Shown here: piece after piece, positions 1 through 9,358 of the stretch
How the letters are laid out: each line of letters starts with the position of its first letter
Position numbering within the stretch: the first letter of the stretch is position 1
Assembly: GCA_050633305.1 (NCBI GenBank)
Contig: JBOEGF010000026.1
Coordinates: 1-64,000 of the forward strand
Reading direction: 5' to 3'
DNA length: 64,000 nt
Origin: Nannocystales bacterium
GTDB taxonomy: Bacteria; Myxococcota_A; Polyangia; Nannocystales; Nannocystaceae
Notes under the pieces: generated by a model
Databases searched by the model: none
The model's input: the letters and a program-made list of their open reading frames with translations, nothing else
Told to the model about the DNA's origin: nothing
Program-made: the position numbers and the translations under genes

Positions 1-76
1 GGAAGAAGCGACGCTCACTGCAACGACGGGTACCCATGATGACCTCTCCGGCCTCGACGAAGCGGGGCCGGGTCAC
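1..76 (-). mobile_element. 5' end of a putative Y1 (HUH) tyrosine transposase, RAYT/IS200-like; runs off the window start
   Basis: Manual translation from GTG at 76-74 gives MTRPRFVEAGEVIMGTRRCSERRFF..., open to position 1. GGAGG Shine-Dalgarno lies about 8 nt upstream. The M-x-x-P-R...T-R-R-C-x-x-R-x-F-F pattern resembles N-termini of REP-associated tyrosine transposases. HUH and Tyr motifs lie outside the window. Confidence 0.7.
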
Positions 77-176
77 GAGGACAGCCTCCACGCCCGTCCT
101 ACCGAGAGCCCGCAGGAGGTGCTGCATTTGCGGTCAAGGCAAGAAGGGGTTGTGGCACGCACCAGCCATCAGAGAA

Positions 177-192
177 AGCAAGGAGTCAGCCA
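177..192 (-). promoter_or_regulatory. Candidate sigma54 (-24/-12) promoter of the transposase gene
   Basis: Minus strand reads TGGCTGACTCCTTGCT, i.e. TGGC-N7-TTGCT with exact GG-N10-GC spacing, about 100 bp upstream of the GTG and pointing toward it. Confidence 0.55.
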
Positions 193-292
193 TATTCACC
201 GGAGGAAGAATTCGCATGATTTCAGGCCTCCAGGAAGAGGCCAGAGCGGGGGTGGCCAGCCATTGGGCAATAGCGGTGGTCACTGGGCCACC

Positions 293-443
293 GGCGGTAG
301 ATCCGCAAAAAACGACCCAGGGTCTGGTGATATGACGCAAAAAACGACCCAGGGTCTGGTGATATGAGGTGCAAAAAACGACCCAGGGTCTGGTGATATA
401 GGCGGTAGATCCGCAAAAAACGACCCAGGGTCTGGTGATATGA
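293..443. repeat. Tandem array of four identical 29-bp repeats GCAAAAAACGACCCAGGGTCTGGTGATAT
   Basis: Copies at 305-333, 337-365, 371-399 and 413-441, separated by 3, 5 and 13 bp. Copies 1 and 4 share a longer 43-bp identity (293-335 = 401-443). Each unit contains the palindrome GACCC-A-GGGTC and an A6 tract. Confidence 0.97.
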
Positions 444-463
444 TTATGATCTCAGCGACGACT

Positions 464-1354
464 ATGGAGTTTACAATGACGGTCCGTAGACTCTGCGCGG
501 CTGCCTCCGCGATTTTGGCGCTCGGCGCTTGTCGGCCGACTCCGAGCGTGCCGACGCAGGGGGGAGGGACGGGTAGCGGCGGAGAAACTGGCGGCGAGAC
601 AACTTCGACTGGTCTCGCGACCGAAAGTGGACAAGAGTCGAGCAGCACCGACGTTGCGGAATGTTCGGAGGTCTTCGAAGGCGTGGCAGAAGTGAACGGG
701 GCGACCGACACCAGCGTGTTTGAGAACGTTCAGCGTATCGAGGGGTCGCTACGGATCCGCGGGTGGGGCGGCGACTCTTTGGAGGGCCTTTTCCCATGCC
801 TGGAGGAGATCTCGAGTGGGTCGCTGTTGGTCGCGGATACAAGCGCATTGGCGACCCTCCGCGGGCTTGAGGCTCTGCGCGTCGTCGAGGGCGGTGTGGC
901 GTTCTACCGAAACGCGAAGTTGACGTCGCTAGAGGGCCTAGAGGGACTGGAGGAAACGGCGTCGATGACAGCGGCGTCGAACCCCGTCCTAGTCGACATC
1001 GATCTTCCTGCTCTTCGGCAGCTGGCGAAACTTGACATTGGGTTGTGCGCGTTTGACAGCAATACTGCGCTCTCAGGGACCAATGGGCTGGTCAGTTTGG
1101 GTGGCTTCTTGTCGTTGGAGTCACTCGGAGGGGTGGGCGTTTCGGGACAAACAGAGCTCGTAGCGCTACCATTGCTCTACCGGTTGGTGGAGGATGGCGC
1201 TGTTCTGGGCACGCTGAATGTTCAGCACAACCCAGGTCTCCCCGTTGAAGAAGCTGAGGGGCTTCGTGAGTTCGTCGATGAGCAAGGCTTCCAATCGTGC
1301 GGCAATCTTGGAGAAAGCGAAGAGAACCAATGCTCGTGCAATCCGTCATCATAG
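464..1354 (+). CDS. Lipoprotein with receptor-L-domain/leucine-rich-like repeats
   Basis: Lipobox LALGAC, Gly/Ser/Thr linker, repeats such as LATLRGLEALRVVEGGV and LTSLEGLEGLEE, Cys-rich C-terminus. Start could be 440, 464 or 476. Confidence 0.75.
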   Translation: MEFTMTVRRLCAAASAILALGACRPTPSVPTQGGGTGSGGETGGETTSTGLATESGQESSSTDVAECSEVFEGVAEVNGATDTSVFENVQRIEGSLRIRGWGGDSLEGLFPCLEEISSGSLLVADTSALATLRGLEALRVVEGGVAFYRNAKLTSLEGLEGLEETASMTAASNPVLVDIDLPALRQLAKLDIGLCAFDSNTALSGTNGLVSLGGFLSLESLGGVGVSGQTELVALPLLYRLVEDGAVLGTLNVQHNPGLPVEEAEGLREFVDEQGFQSCGNLGESEENQCSCNPSS

Positions 1355-1945
1355 ATTCTCGGTCGGCTAGCTGCCTCGCTGTCACGATCTGCCTCGTGGC
1401 ACTCACGGCCTGTCGCGTAGATGCCGACGGCGACTACGACTCTCTGAGCGCTGGCGGGGTGACGGAGGGCGAGAGTGCCGGCGAAAGCTCCACCGGAGGA
1501 GCCTCGGCGTCCGCTTCCGGTTCCGGGGGGACCGGCGGTCTGAGTGACACAGACGTCTTTCCGCCGAGCGAGGACGCCTGTGAGTTCGAGTTCGGAGCGA
1601 ACCCGTCCGGCGGGGCTCCGGTGGCCCTGACCCCTGCGTAGTGGATGCAGACTGTTGCAGCGGTTTTAGTGCCAACGTCGACTACGCGTGTCCCAGTGAG
1701 GTGTACCCCAATAACTGGAAGTGCGAGAGCGGCGATTGTGTGCAACGGTCGTCGCCCTCTCAACGGGGATGCGGGAGCGACGACGACTGTGGCTTTCAGG
1801 GGTTCGACTGCGTCACAATATCCGGGTTGGGCACTGCGTCGGCCTTTGCGTGACAGATGTAGATTGCGCGGATAGCCATAATATGCCTCATTCGACTTGT
1901 GAAGCGGTCGGGGGCCATAGCTTCTGCATGCAAGTTGTCCCTTAG
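1330..1945 (+). pseudogene. Cys-rich lipoprotein split by two -1 frameshifts (pseudogene or sequencing error)
   Basis: Lipobox LTAC and Ser/Gly linker in one frame. Adding one G to the run at 1612-1615 continues into GSGGPDPCVVDADCC..., and adding one G at 1829-1831 continues into HCVGLCVTDVDC...MQVVP*. Repeated C-x-x-D-x-D-C motifs. Confidence 0.7.
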
Positions 1946-2000
1946 AGTAGCGCGTAGAGGCGAGGGGCGAAGCTCGAGGCCGATCTCTACGTCCAGGTAT

Positions 2001-3697
2001 ATGCGGGGTCGAGCGACAGCTTTGTCCTTCCTTCGTGCCCACGTGCTCTTTGCCGTCGTTCTCGAGTGGGCGCACCTCACGAGGGGGATTGCGTACCTCC
2101 AGACCGGCGACGCTCGGATGAGTTTCGCCCATCCGCCGCTTGCAAAGACCCTCTTCGCGGTCCCGGCCCTCCTGTCTGGTGATGTTGATGCGAGCCCGGT
2201 CTACGAGTTCGAGGCGTGGGAAACCTCGATGGATCCGGGGGCGGCGAGTCTTGAGCTGCTTCGGCGAGACTACGAGGGCGCACGGGCGGCACTGGGGAAG
2301 GCGCGTGTCGTGAGCGGCCTGCTGTTCCTTGCAGCGGTCGTCTACCTGTATCGCTTCGTCCGGCTCTGGGGCAGCGCGTGGCAGGCCCTCCTAGCGGCAA
2401 TCGTGCTCGGCTGGAACCCAAGCATCATCGGGCATGCACGGATTGCGACAACCGACCTTCCGGCGGCGATTTTCATTGCAGTTGCCGTCTGCGAGTCTCT
2501 GCGGGCGATTTCGCCGACGGCGCGCGGCATCGGCTGGGGTCGCGCGGGGCTCGCTGTAGGAGTCGCTCTTTCCGTGAAGTATAGCGCGATCTTTCTGATC
2601 TTGTTTGTGCCGCTGCTGTTGCTGGCGGCCGCTCTCACGCAGCCGAAGAGCCTCGGCGGAGGAACGGTGCGTAGTAGGCTCGTCGCGGGTGGACTTGCAC
2701 TCGTCAAGGTCGCCGTCGTGGCTCTCTTCGTTCTAAATCTGAGCTATTCGTTTCAGGGGACACTATGCACCGTGCGGGAACTACTCGCGGCACCAGAACC
2801 GCAGTACTGGATCTCCGCCGGGTACGGGGGAGAACTTCTCGAAACCAGGACGAGGTTGGGGGGCTTTCCGCAGTGGCTACGGCTGCCCGTTCCCCGAACG
2901 TACTTGTTCGGCTTCGTCTGTGTTCGAGAGCAGTTCCACGTCGGATATCCCGGTGGAGTCTTTCTGGAGTCGCCGAACCCCGATGGCGACCCTCGGTATT
3001 TTCCGGTTGTGATGCTGCTGGAGACCCCGGTCTGGGTACTCGGCCTGTGGTGCGGAGGCCTCGTCAGTTTGGCTCGGGCTTGGAGGGAGAGCACTTTCGA
3101 TGAGAAAGCCATGGCCGTTCTTGTCTGCGCACTCCTTGCGGTGCTCATCTTCTCGCGGCTAAACATGGGAATCCGCCACGCTCTGCCTCAGGTGTTCCTC
3201 ATGAGCGTTCTTTCCGTCCTGCTGACCCGTGGTCACTTTCCGAGAGGAGCGCGCACTGGACCGCACGTGGTACTGGCGTTCGCCGTGCTGTGTGGAGGGG
3301 CTTCCCTCGCATCAGCGACCGGAAACTACATCGGATGGTTCAACGCCTTCGTCTCGGACGAGAGGGGCCTGCAGTCTCTCCGGTTGGGAAAGATTGGGGG
3401 CAGGACCTGGTGGAACTCTCGGACGTGGTCAAGGAAAGGGGGCTGACGAACGTTTGGTACCTCGACCCCACCCGGACTAGGCGCTTCGAGCTCCGTCACC
3501 AAGGGGTGAGATTCCGTCTTGCGCACTGCGGGCTCGACTTCTCCGGACCTCCGGAGCAGCCTGGATTCCTTGCGGTTCACGAACACACGCGACAGTTGCT
3601 GGAGCGGGACTGCATCAACGGTCTTGTGGGGACTAGGCCGTCGTTCGAGCTGGCACATGGTCGAATCGGGATCTACGCAATACCATTTGAGATCTAG
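2001..3697 (+). pseudogene. ArnT/PMT-like GT-C (GT39/GT83) membrane glycosyltransferase, frameshifted near 3365-3372
   Basis: Motifs AH..RG..YL.TGD.R....HPPL, P.IIGH...ATTD, ALSVKYSA and NMGIRHALP. The typical DWGQDL motif lies in the -1 frame (ORF 3290-3697). Confidence 0.75.
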
Positions 3698-3792
3698 GCG
3701 GGTTTGCCCGAACGCCCGGGGGCGTGGAACCCGACGGCCGGGTCCGACGGCCCCAGCTCCAACCACCGATGCGGTCGTATGCTCTTGCGCTG

Positions 3793-3821
3793 AGTCGGAG
3801 TGCCGTCGCGGCGCTCCGACT
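3793..3821. terminator. 13-bp hairpin between convergent genes
   Basis: AGTCGGAGTGCCG-TCG-CGGCGCTCCGACT (one G-U pair). No clear U-tract. Confidence 0.5.
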
Positions 3822-3834
3822 GAGACGCTAGCGA

Positions 3835-4920
3835 TCACTGTGGAGCGGGCTCAGGCTCTACAGGCGATTCGTCCGGCTCAGCCTGCGTCGGCTTCGCTTC
3901 GGGCTTAGCGTCCGTCTCCTCCGGCGCCGCCTCGACGGGCGTGGGCTCAGGTTCCACCGCAGGCTTCACCGCCGCAGGTTTCTGAACCACCGCCGCTGGC
4001 ATGCCCTCTACCGGCTCGCCCGCGACGGGTTCGCTGGCCATCTTCATGTACCGCTCCTCCATCTCTCGGAGCAGCTCGCGGTCTGCAGTCGACAGCTCCC
4101 GCGTGACGCCAGCGGGGAGCACCTGTGGCAAGCCGGTGCCCTGGGACGTGTTTGGCAAGACCATGACGGTCTTGTTCGATGACGCGGCGAGCTGGCGGTA
4201 GGTTTGCACGGCCATGCGCTGGACGTAGATCGGGTCGAGCGTGGAGCTGATGATCTCCTGCTGCTTGGCGACCTTGAGCGCTTCGAGCACCTTGATGCCG
4301 GCCTCCTTGCGAGTCTTGGCGCGCAAGAACTCCTGGCGCTGCAGCTCCTGCTCGGTCGCGATCTTGCGCTCGATGGCCTCGGTGACCTCTTTGGGAAACT
4401 GGATGTTTCCGATGTCGACCGAGAGCAGCTCGATCGGCGTGTCCGCGTAGAGGTCGACCGAGGCGTCGAAGATCCGCGCGCGCACCTCGTCGGTCCGCAG
4501 CTGGATGTCCGTCGCGCTGACCTCGGTGATCTCCTGGCGGATGACCGTGCGCAGTGGTTCGCGAACGTTGCGCTCGTACCAGTCGGTGCCCCACTCCTCG
4601 ACGATCTCCTTGGAGCCGCCGGGGCGCACGCGCAAGCGGGTGTTGACCTCGAAGGCGACGTTGAGGTTGTCGGAGGTGAGCAGGTTGAATTGCTCGGATT
4701 GACTCTTGGCTCGCATGTCGACGTTCTCGACGTGCAGTCGCCACGAGAGGCCGGTGGAGGACGGGCCGACCATGGTGCTTCTGAACTCGGATTTCCCGAA
4801 GATCAGGGGCACGTGATAGACGTAGCCTTCGAAGCCGGCGGGTGTTTGCGGGTTCGTACAGGCGGATAGACCGAGGGTGGCCAACAGCAGCCAGCGTTTG
4901 GGATGTCGCATGACGGTCAC
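3835..4920 (-). CDS. SPFH (band 7/prohibitin) domain lipoprotein
   Basis: Lipobox LSAC, SPFH features (LTSDNLNV, IELLSVDIGNIQFP, AIERK..EQE coiled coil), Pro/Glu-rich tail. GTGA overlap with the upstream gene. Confidence 0.85.
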   Translation of the reverse strand: MTVMRHPKRWLLLATLGLSACTNPQTPAGFEGYVYHVPLIFGKSEFRSTMVGPSSTGLSWRLHVENVDMRAKSQSEQFNLLTSDNLNVAFEVNTRLRVRPGGSKEIVEEWGTDWYERNVREPLRTVIRQEITEVSATDIQLRTDEVRARIFDASVDLYADTPIELLSVDIGNIQFPKEVTEAIERKIATEQELQRQEFLRAKTRKEAGIKVLEALKVAKQQEIISSTLDPIYVQRMAVQTYRQLAASSNKTVMVLPNTSQGTGLPQVLPAGVTRELSTADRELLREMEERYMKMASEPVAGEPVEGMPAAVVQKPAAVKPAVEPEPTPVEAAPEETDAKPEAKPTQAEPDESPVEPEPAPQ

Positions 4921-5786
4921 TCCTTGAGGTCCAGGATGAGGGGCGCAGAGCTCTCGCCGGTGGGCATGATGACGAAGGTGGTGTTGGGCGACTCGGCGAG
5001 CTCTTCGACGGCCTTGAGGGCTTCGTACTGCAGGAACATTGGGTCGAGGCTGGTTCGAATGACGCGCTGGGCGTCGGCGACTCCTTGAGCCTCGGCGATG
5101 CCGATGTCGATCTGGCGCTGGGCGATCTCCAGCTCGATGTCCTTGCGTTCGTTGTCCTCGTTGGTGACGAATTTGCGCACAACCGACTGCACGACCACGG
5201 TGGGGTAGTCGATGTTGCCGATGTTGACGGACAAGAACTCGACTGGGGTGTCCTTGTAGCGCTCCTCCAGCTCGGCGAGGGCATCGTCGGCGATGGACCC
5301 CATCTTGCTCTTCACGTCGAAGGCTTCGAGGGACTGCACCTTGCTGCGAACGATGGAGCGGAACTGTTGCTGGACGTTGGCCTCGTACCAGTTCTCGCCG
5401 CCGTAGTCCTCGACGAGCGACTTGACCGAGTCTGCGCGCAGGCGAATGCGAGCGTGCGCGGTGAAGTGAAGCTCGAGCCGCTCGGCGGTCAGGATCTTCA
5501 TGTCCTCCGGGAAGGTGCGGGCGCGCATGTCGATGTTGACGACTTGCTGGCGCCAGACCATTCCTGTGGAGGTGGGGCCGGACTGCACGCCGACGAATTC
5601 AGCGGCGGTGACGAAGGGCTGGGTTCGCAGGTAGCCCTGGTGTCCCGCTGGGGTGTGGTGGTTGCCGTAGCCGACCGAGCCGACCGCGAGGCTGACCCCG
5701 GCGAGGCCGAGGAGCCCGACCGCGGCGAAGATCCACCGGGGCGCTTGCCGCGGCTGCGTTCCTTGAATGATGTCCATGGGGTCCAC
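4917..5786 (-). CDS. SPFH (band 7/prohibitin) domain protein
   Basis: N-terminal TM helix, VEFLSVNIGNIDYP, EAQGVADAQ, LQYEALKA. Paralogous to the downstream gene. Confidence 0.85.
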   Translation of the reverse strand: MDPMDIIQGTQPRQAPRWIFAAVGLLGLAGVSLAVGSVGYGNHHTPAGHQGYLRTQPFVTAAEFVGVQSGPTSTGMVWRQQVVNIDMRARTFPEDMKILTAERLELHFTAHARIRLRADSVKSLVEDYGGENWYEANVQQQFRSIVRSKVQSLEAFDVKSKMGSIADDALAELEERYKDTPVEFLSVNIGNIDYPTVVVQSVVRKFVTNEDNERKDIELEIAQRQIDIGIAEAQGVADAQRVIRTSLDPMFLQYEALKAVEELAESPNTTFVIMPTGESSAPLILDLKE

Positions 5787-5861
5787 GAGGAGCCTAGCAG
5801 CCCACAGCGGAGGCGGGGTCCCGTGCCTACCCCATGAGCCTGTCCGGCGGGGGTCGAAGCC

Positions 5862-6863
5862 TCACACCATGATGTTGGTGCCTTCGACGGCACCGATCGG
5901 GGGCGGCAGGTCGGTCTCGTCCAGCATCTGTCGGATGTCGATCTCGATGCCGCGGGCCATGCTGCGGATCGGAACGTCGTTGGCGAGGCCCTCGAACGGA
6001 TTCTCGCTGTACTCGCCGACCCGGTCCATCATCCAGAAGATCCAAAAGCAGACCACGGTGGCAGGGAGGGCGATGAAGACCGTCCACGGCTCGTCGGACT
6101 TCGAGAACACATCGATCATCCCGAGGGGCAACAGCGCCAAGAAAATCGCGATGCAGTAGGCATTGGCGCTGACCCATTGGCGAGGAAGGGGGAACTTCTT
6201 GATGCGCTCAGCCTTGCCTTGCAGCGTGTAGAACTCGGTAATGAGTTCCTGCATCGCAAGGTGACGGAAGTGGTCGAGGACGTCGGTCTCCCGTAGCTCC
6301 ATCAGGCGGCGCGACTGCACGCTCAAGAGGTGGGAGGATCGGTTGCCTTTCGCCAGCACATATTGCGCCTCCTCTTCGGACACGTACTCGCGCAAGACCG
6401 CGACCGCGTCTTCCTCGGTGACGGCGGTCCCGAAGCGCTCACGCGTCCGCGTGGACAGCTTCCCCTGGTGCTCCCAAGGGGTGATCTTGCGAAGCTCGAC
6501 GGTGAGCATGTGCAGCCACGCCACATGCCGATGCACGATTTCCTTGCGAAGTGTGTCGCTGTCGTCGCCGCCGTGCACAAAGTCGCGGGCCATCACGGCG
6601 AACGAGCGGGATGCGTTGACCATGCCGCCCCAGATCTTCCGCGCTTCCCACAACCGGTCGTAGGCGGAGTTGTTCTTGAAGCCGAGGTAGAACGCCAAGG
6701 CAACGCCGATGAGTCCGACCGGCTGCCAGGGGAGGGCAACCCATTCCCATCCTGTGAAGAACGCGAGGCTGCACAGGGCCCCTGAGTAGACAGTCGCGAC
6801 CGCGAGGGTGTGCCGCGTCCACCACAGGCTCTCGCGAAATGAAAAACGATACGCTCGATACAT
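5862..6863 (-). CDS. Bestrophin-family ion channel
   Basis: AFYLGFKNNSAYDRLWEARKIWG, ERIKKFPLP and ENPFEG..NDVP motifs. Confidence 0.9.
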   Translation of the reverse strand: MYRAYRFSFRESLWWTRHTLAVATVYSGALCSLAFFTGWEWVALPWQPVGLIGVALAFYLGFKNNSAYDRLWEARKIWGGMVNASRSFAVMARDFVHGGDDSDTLRKEIVHRHVAWLHMLTVELRKITPWEHQGKLSTRTRERFGTAVTEEDAVAVLREYVSEEEAQYVLAKGNRSSHLLSVQSRRLMELRETDVLDHFRHLAMQELITEFYTLQGKAERIKKFPLPRQWVSANAYCIAIFLALLPLGMIDVFSKSDEPWTVFIALPATVVCFWIFWMMDRVGEYSENPFEGLANDVPIRSMARGIEIDIRQMLDETDLPPPIGAVEGTNIMV

Positions 6864-6991
6864 GCTGCTTCCGTCGCACCGCAGAGGTGCTGGGGCGCAG
6901 TATGGCGCTCATCGGACTCCGCGGAAACACGCCGCGGAACAGGTTGCGCATGGTGGCGTTGCGGGGCGAATCGGGGCAGGCCCGACGAGGA

Positions 6992-9304
6992 CTATGGCCA
7001 CCGGCCAGTGTTCCTGGGGTCGATCCGCACGTAACCCCCCGCGGTCCCGGGCTCCGGCGCGACTCCTTTCGTCGAGAACGCGTACAGCTTCCCGTCTCCG
7101 GATGCCACCAAAACATCCGTCGACCCGTCAGCGTTGAGGTCCGCCGCCGTGGGCGTGCACTCGACCGAACCTCCGACGCCCTGCCGCAGGACCTCGCGGC
7201 CCTGGGTGTCGAGCGCGACGACAAAGCCGGACTCGGTTCCGAACAAGGCCTCGTTGCCTTTCTTCTTGGGGTCGACGTCCGCGGTGATCGTGCCGCTGGA
7301 GATGTTCTTGCGAGGCTCGAGGTGGCGCCAGCGTTTGCGGCCCGTCTTTTGGTCGAGGCAGTACACGCCTTCGTTCTCTCCCCACCACGCGGTGGCGATC
7401 AGCACGCAACGCGCGTCGGGGTAGTAGCCGACTGGGGCGAAGATTCCCTCGATGCCGCCCCCGGGGTGCTCGAGCTCGGTCGTCCACATGATGGCGCCGT
7501 TGGCTGGATCGGCTGCGTAGACCCGGGAGTAGGCTTCCGTGAAGACAAGCTCGGGTTCCGCGTCTGAGGGGTCCAAGTCGGCCAAGAGCGGGGCGCTGTG
7601 CATCCCGGACGTGCCGCGGTGGGTCCACAGTGTGTCTCCGGTCTTGCCGTCGATGGCCCGGAAGAGTTGGTCTCGGGCCGGGACGAGCACATCGAGCACG
7701 CCGTCGGCGTTGACATCGAACAGCGCGGGAGCGCCTGCGAATCCGGTCTGTCCGTACTCGCCCTCACCCGCCTTGACCTGGCCTCGGACGGAGCCGTCGT
7801 TGCCGTCGAGCAAGTAGAAGGTCCCTGCCTCGGAGCTCACGGCCACGTCGAGGACGCCGTCGCCGTCGAAGTCCGCAAGCGCAGGCGGAGCCTCGGCATC
7901 GCCGTCGAGCTGCTGCTGCCACACGAGCTGGCCCCCCCAGTCAAAGTGATACAGCACATCCTGGTCGGTGCCGAAGAACAGTCCCGCGTCGGCGATCGCA
8001 ACCCCGTTGCTGTCCGTCTCGCCATCCCCAGGCGGCTCGATGTGGAGTTGCGTCGTCCCGTCGAATCCCAGCACGTAGACGCCGTCGCGCATGTCGTCGA
8101 GGTCGGCTCGGGTGGCGCCGTTGGAGTTGACGACGATGCGGTCTTTCCACACGTGAATCGTGCTGCGGTAGGTCGTCAGCCCAATCTCGGTCGCCCACAG
8201 AAGGTCGAGAGGGCCGTCCAACGATGGGTGCGTGGGCTCGGGCCACCAGCGAGCCTCGTGGGTGGGTTCTGGCGTGGTCGGTTCGACCCGAGGGGGCAGG
8301 ACCGGCTGCGGAGGGACCGGAGTCTGAGCCGGCGTAGTCAGGGGCATCGGCGGCTCGGGCTTGGCTTCTGTTCCGAGCATCAAGAACGCCGCGCCCACGG
8401 CGACCAAGAGAAGCCCCGCTGCGCCAGCGACGACAAGCGGAGCGGCGTTGCGTTTCGGGACAACGGGGACGGCAGTGACCGGTGGCGCTTGCACGAGGGC
8501 GGTACGGCCCTGCAGTGCGTCCAGGGCGACCTGCGCGGATGCAAAACGATCCTCGGGCGCGGGCTGCAGCATCCGGTCGAGCCAAGCTGCGAACGGAGCG
8601 GAGACGTTGGCGTGGCCGCGGAACTCCACCTTGAGACGGTTCGTCGGCAGGTCGCTCGGACTGTGCCCAGTGATGAGGAACACCAGGGTCGCGGCGAGCC
8701 CGTACAGATCGGTTGTCGGCTCGGCTTGGCCGCGAAGTTGCTCGGGTGCCATGTAGCCGAACGTGCCCACCATCGTGGAGCCGCCGCCTACGGTCGTGTG
8801 GATGCGGTCCCGTACGGACCCGAAGTCCACGACGTTGAGGTTGCCCGCCGCATCCCGCAGAATGTTGAGCGGCTTGAGGTCGCGGTGAATCACTGGCGGC
8901 ATGCGCCCGTGTAGGTAGATGAGTACGCCCAGGAGGCGCTCTGCGAGGGCGCGGATGTCGGCCTCGGAGCCCCGCCACCCTTCATCGACCGACGCTTGCA
9001 GCGTCTTCCCCGGTGCGAGCTGTTGCACGATGCAGTACTGGGGCCCATCGGCGGTCTCCTCGGAGAAGTCGTCGATGTAGCGGGGGATCATCGGGTGGTC
9101 GAGGCTGCCGAGGACCCGGGCCTCGCGTTCGAACAGCTCGAACACCTTCCAGTCGGACAGCCCGCGCAACGAGAGCACTTTGATGGCGACCTGCGTCCCG
9201 TCTTCCATCGCGGCGGCGTAGGTGTGCCCACTGCCGCCACTGCCCAGCAGGCTGACGATCCGGTATTTGCCCGCCACCGTGTCTCCGATTGCGTAGTTCG
9301 CCAC
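6992..9304 (-). CDS. Membrane Ser/Thr protein kinase with C-terminal PQQ/FG-GAP-like beta-propeller
   Basis: LGSGGSG, VAIK, HRDLKPLN, DFG, GTFGYMAPE; TM helix; Pro-rich linker; repeats of ADFDGDG/DVNADG/ADLNADG. Confidence 0.92.
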   Translation of the reverse strand: MANYAIGDTVAGKYRIVSLLGSGGSGHTYAAAMEDGTQVAIKVLSLRGLSDWKVFELFEREARVLGSLDHPMIPRYIDDFSEETADGPQYCIVQQLAPGKTLQASVDEGWRGSEADIRALAERLLGVLIYLHGRMPPVIHRDLKPLNILRDAAGNLNVVDFGSVRDRIHTTVGGGSTMVGTFGYMAPEQLRGQAEPTTDLYGLAATLVFLITGHSPSDLPTNRLKVEFRGHANVSAPFAAWLDRMLQPAPEDRFASAQVALDALQGRTALVQAPPVTAVPVVPKRNAAPLVVAGAAGLLLVAVGAAFLMLGTEAKPEPPMPLTTPAQTPVPPQPVLPPRVEPTTPEPTHEARWWPEPTHPSLDGPLDLLWATEIGLTTYRSTIHVWKDRIVVNSNGATRADLDDMRDGVYVLGFDGTTQLHIEPPGDGETDSNGVAIADAGLFFGTDQDVLYHFDWGGQLVWQQQLDGDAEAPPALADFDGDGVLDVAVSSEAGTFYLLDGNDGSVRGQVKAGEGEYGQTGFAGAPALFDVNADGVLDVLVPARDQLFRAIDGKTGDTLWTHRGTSGMHSAPLLADLDPSDAEPELVFTEAYSRVYAADPANGAIMWTTELEHPGGGIEGIFAPVGYYPDARCVLIATAWWGENEGVYCLDQKTGRKRWRHLEPRKNISSGTITADVDPKKKGNEALFGTESGFVVALDTQGREVLRQGVGGSVECTPTAADLNADGSTDVLVASGDGKLYAFSTKGVAPEPGTAGGYVRIDPRNTGRWP

Positions 9305-9358
9305 GAAGCAGAGGCTACCGGATTCGGCCGGACTGCATTCCCGGCGTGACGATGGGGA

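Noticed and set aside
153..167. TGGCACG on the plus strand as a sigma54 promoter
   Set aside because: The -12 GC is not at the required GG-N10-GC spacing.
36..416. Short ORFs crossing the repeat array (36-335, 119-367, 134-340, 222-416)
   Set aside because: They are translations of promoter and repeat DNA with no recognisable motifs. The credible gene starts at 76 on the minus strand.
305..441. CRISPR array interpretation of the 29-bp repeats
   Set aside because: Gaps are only 3-13 bp, one repeats upstream flank sequence, and no cas genes are visible.
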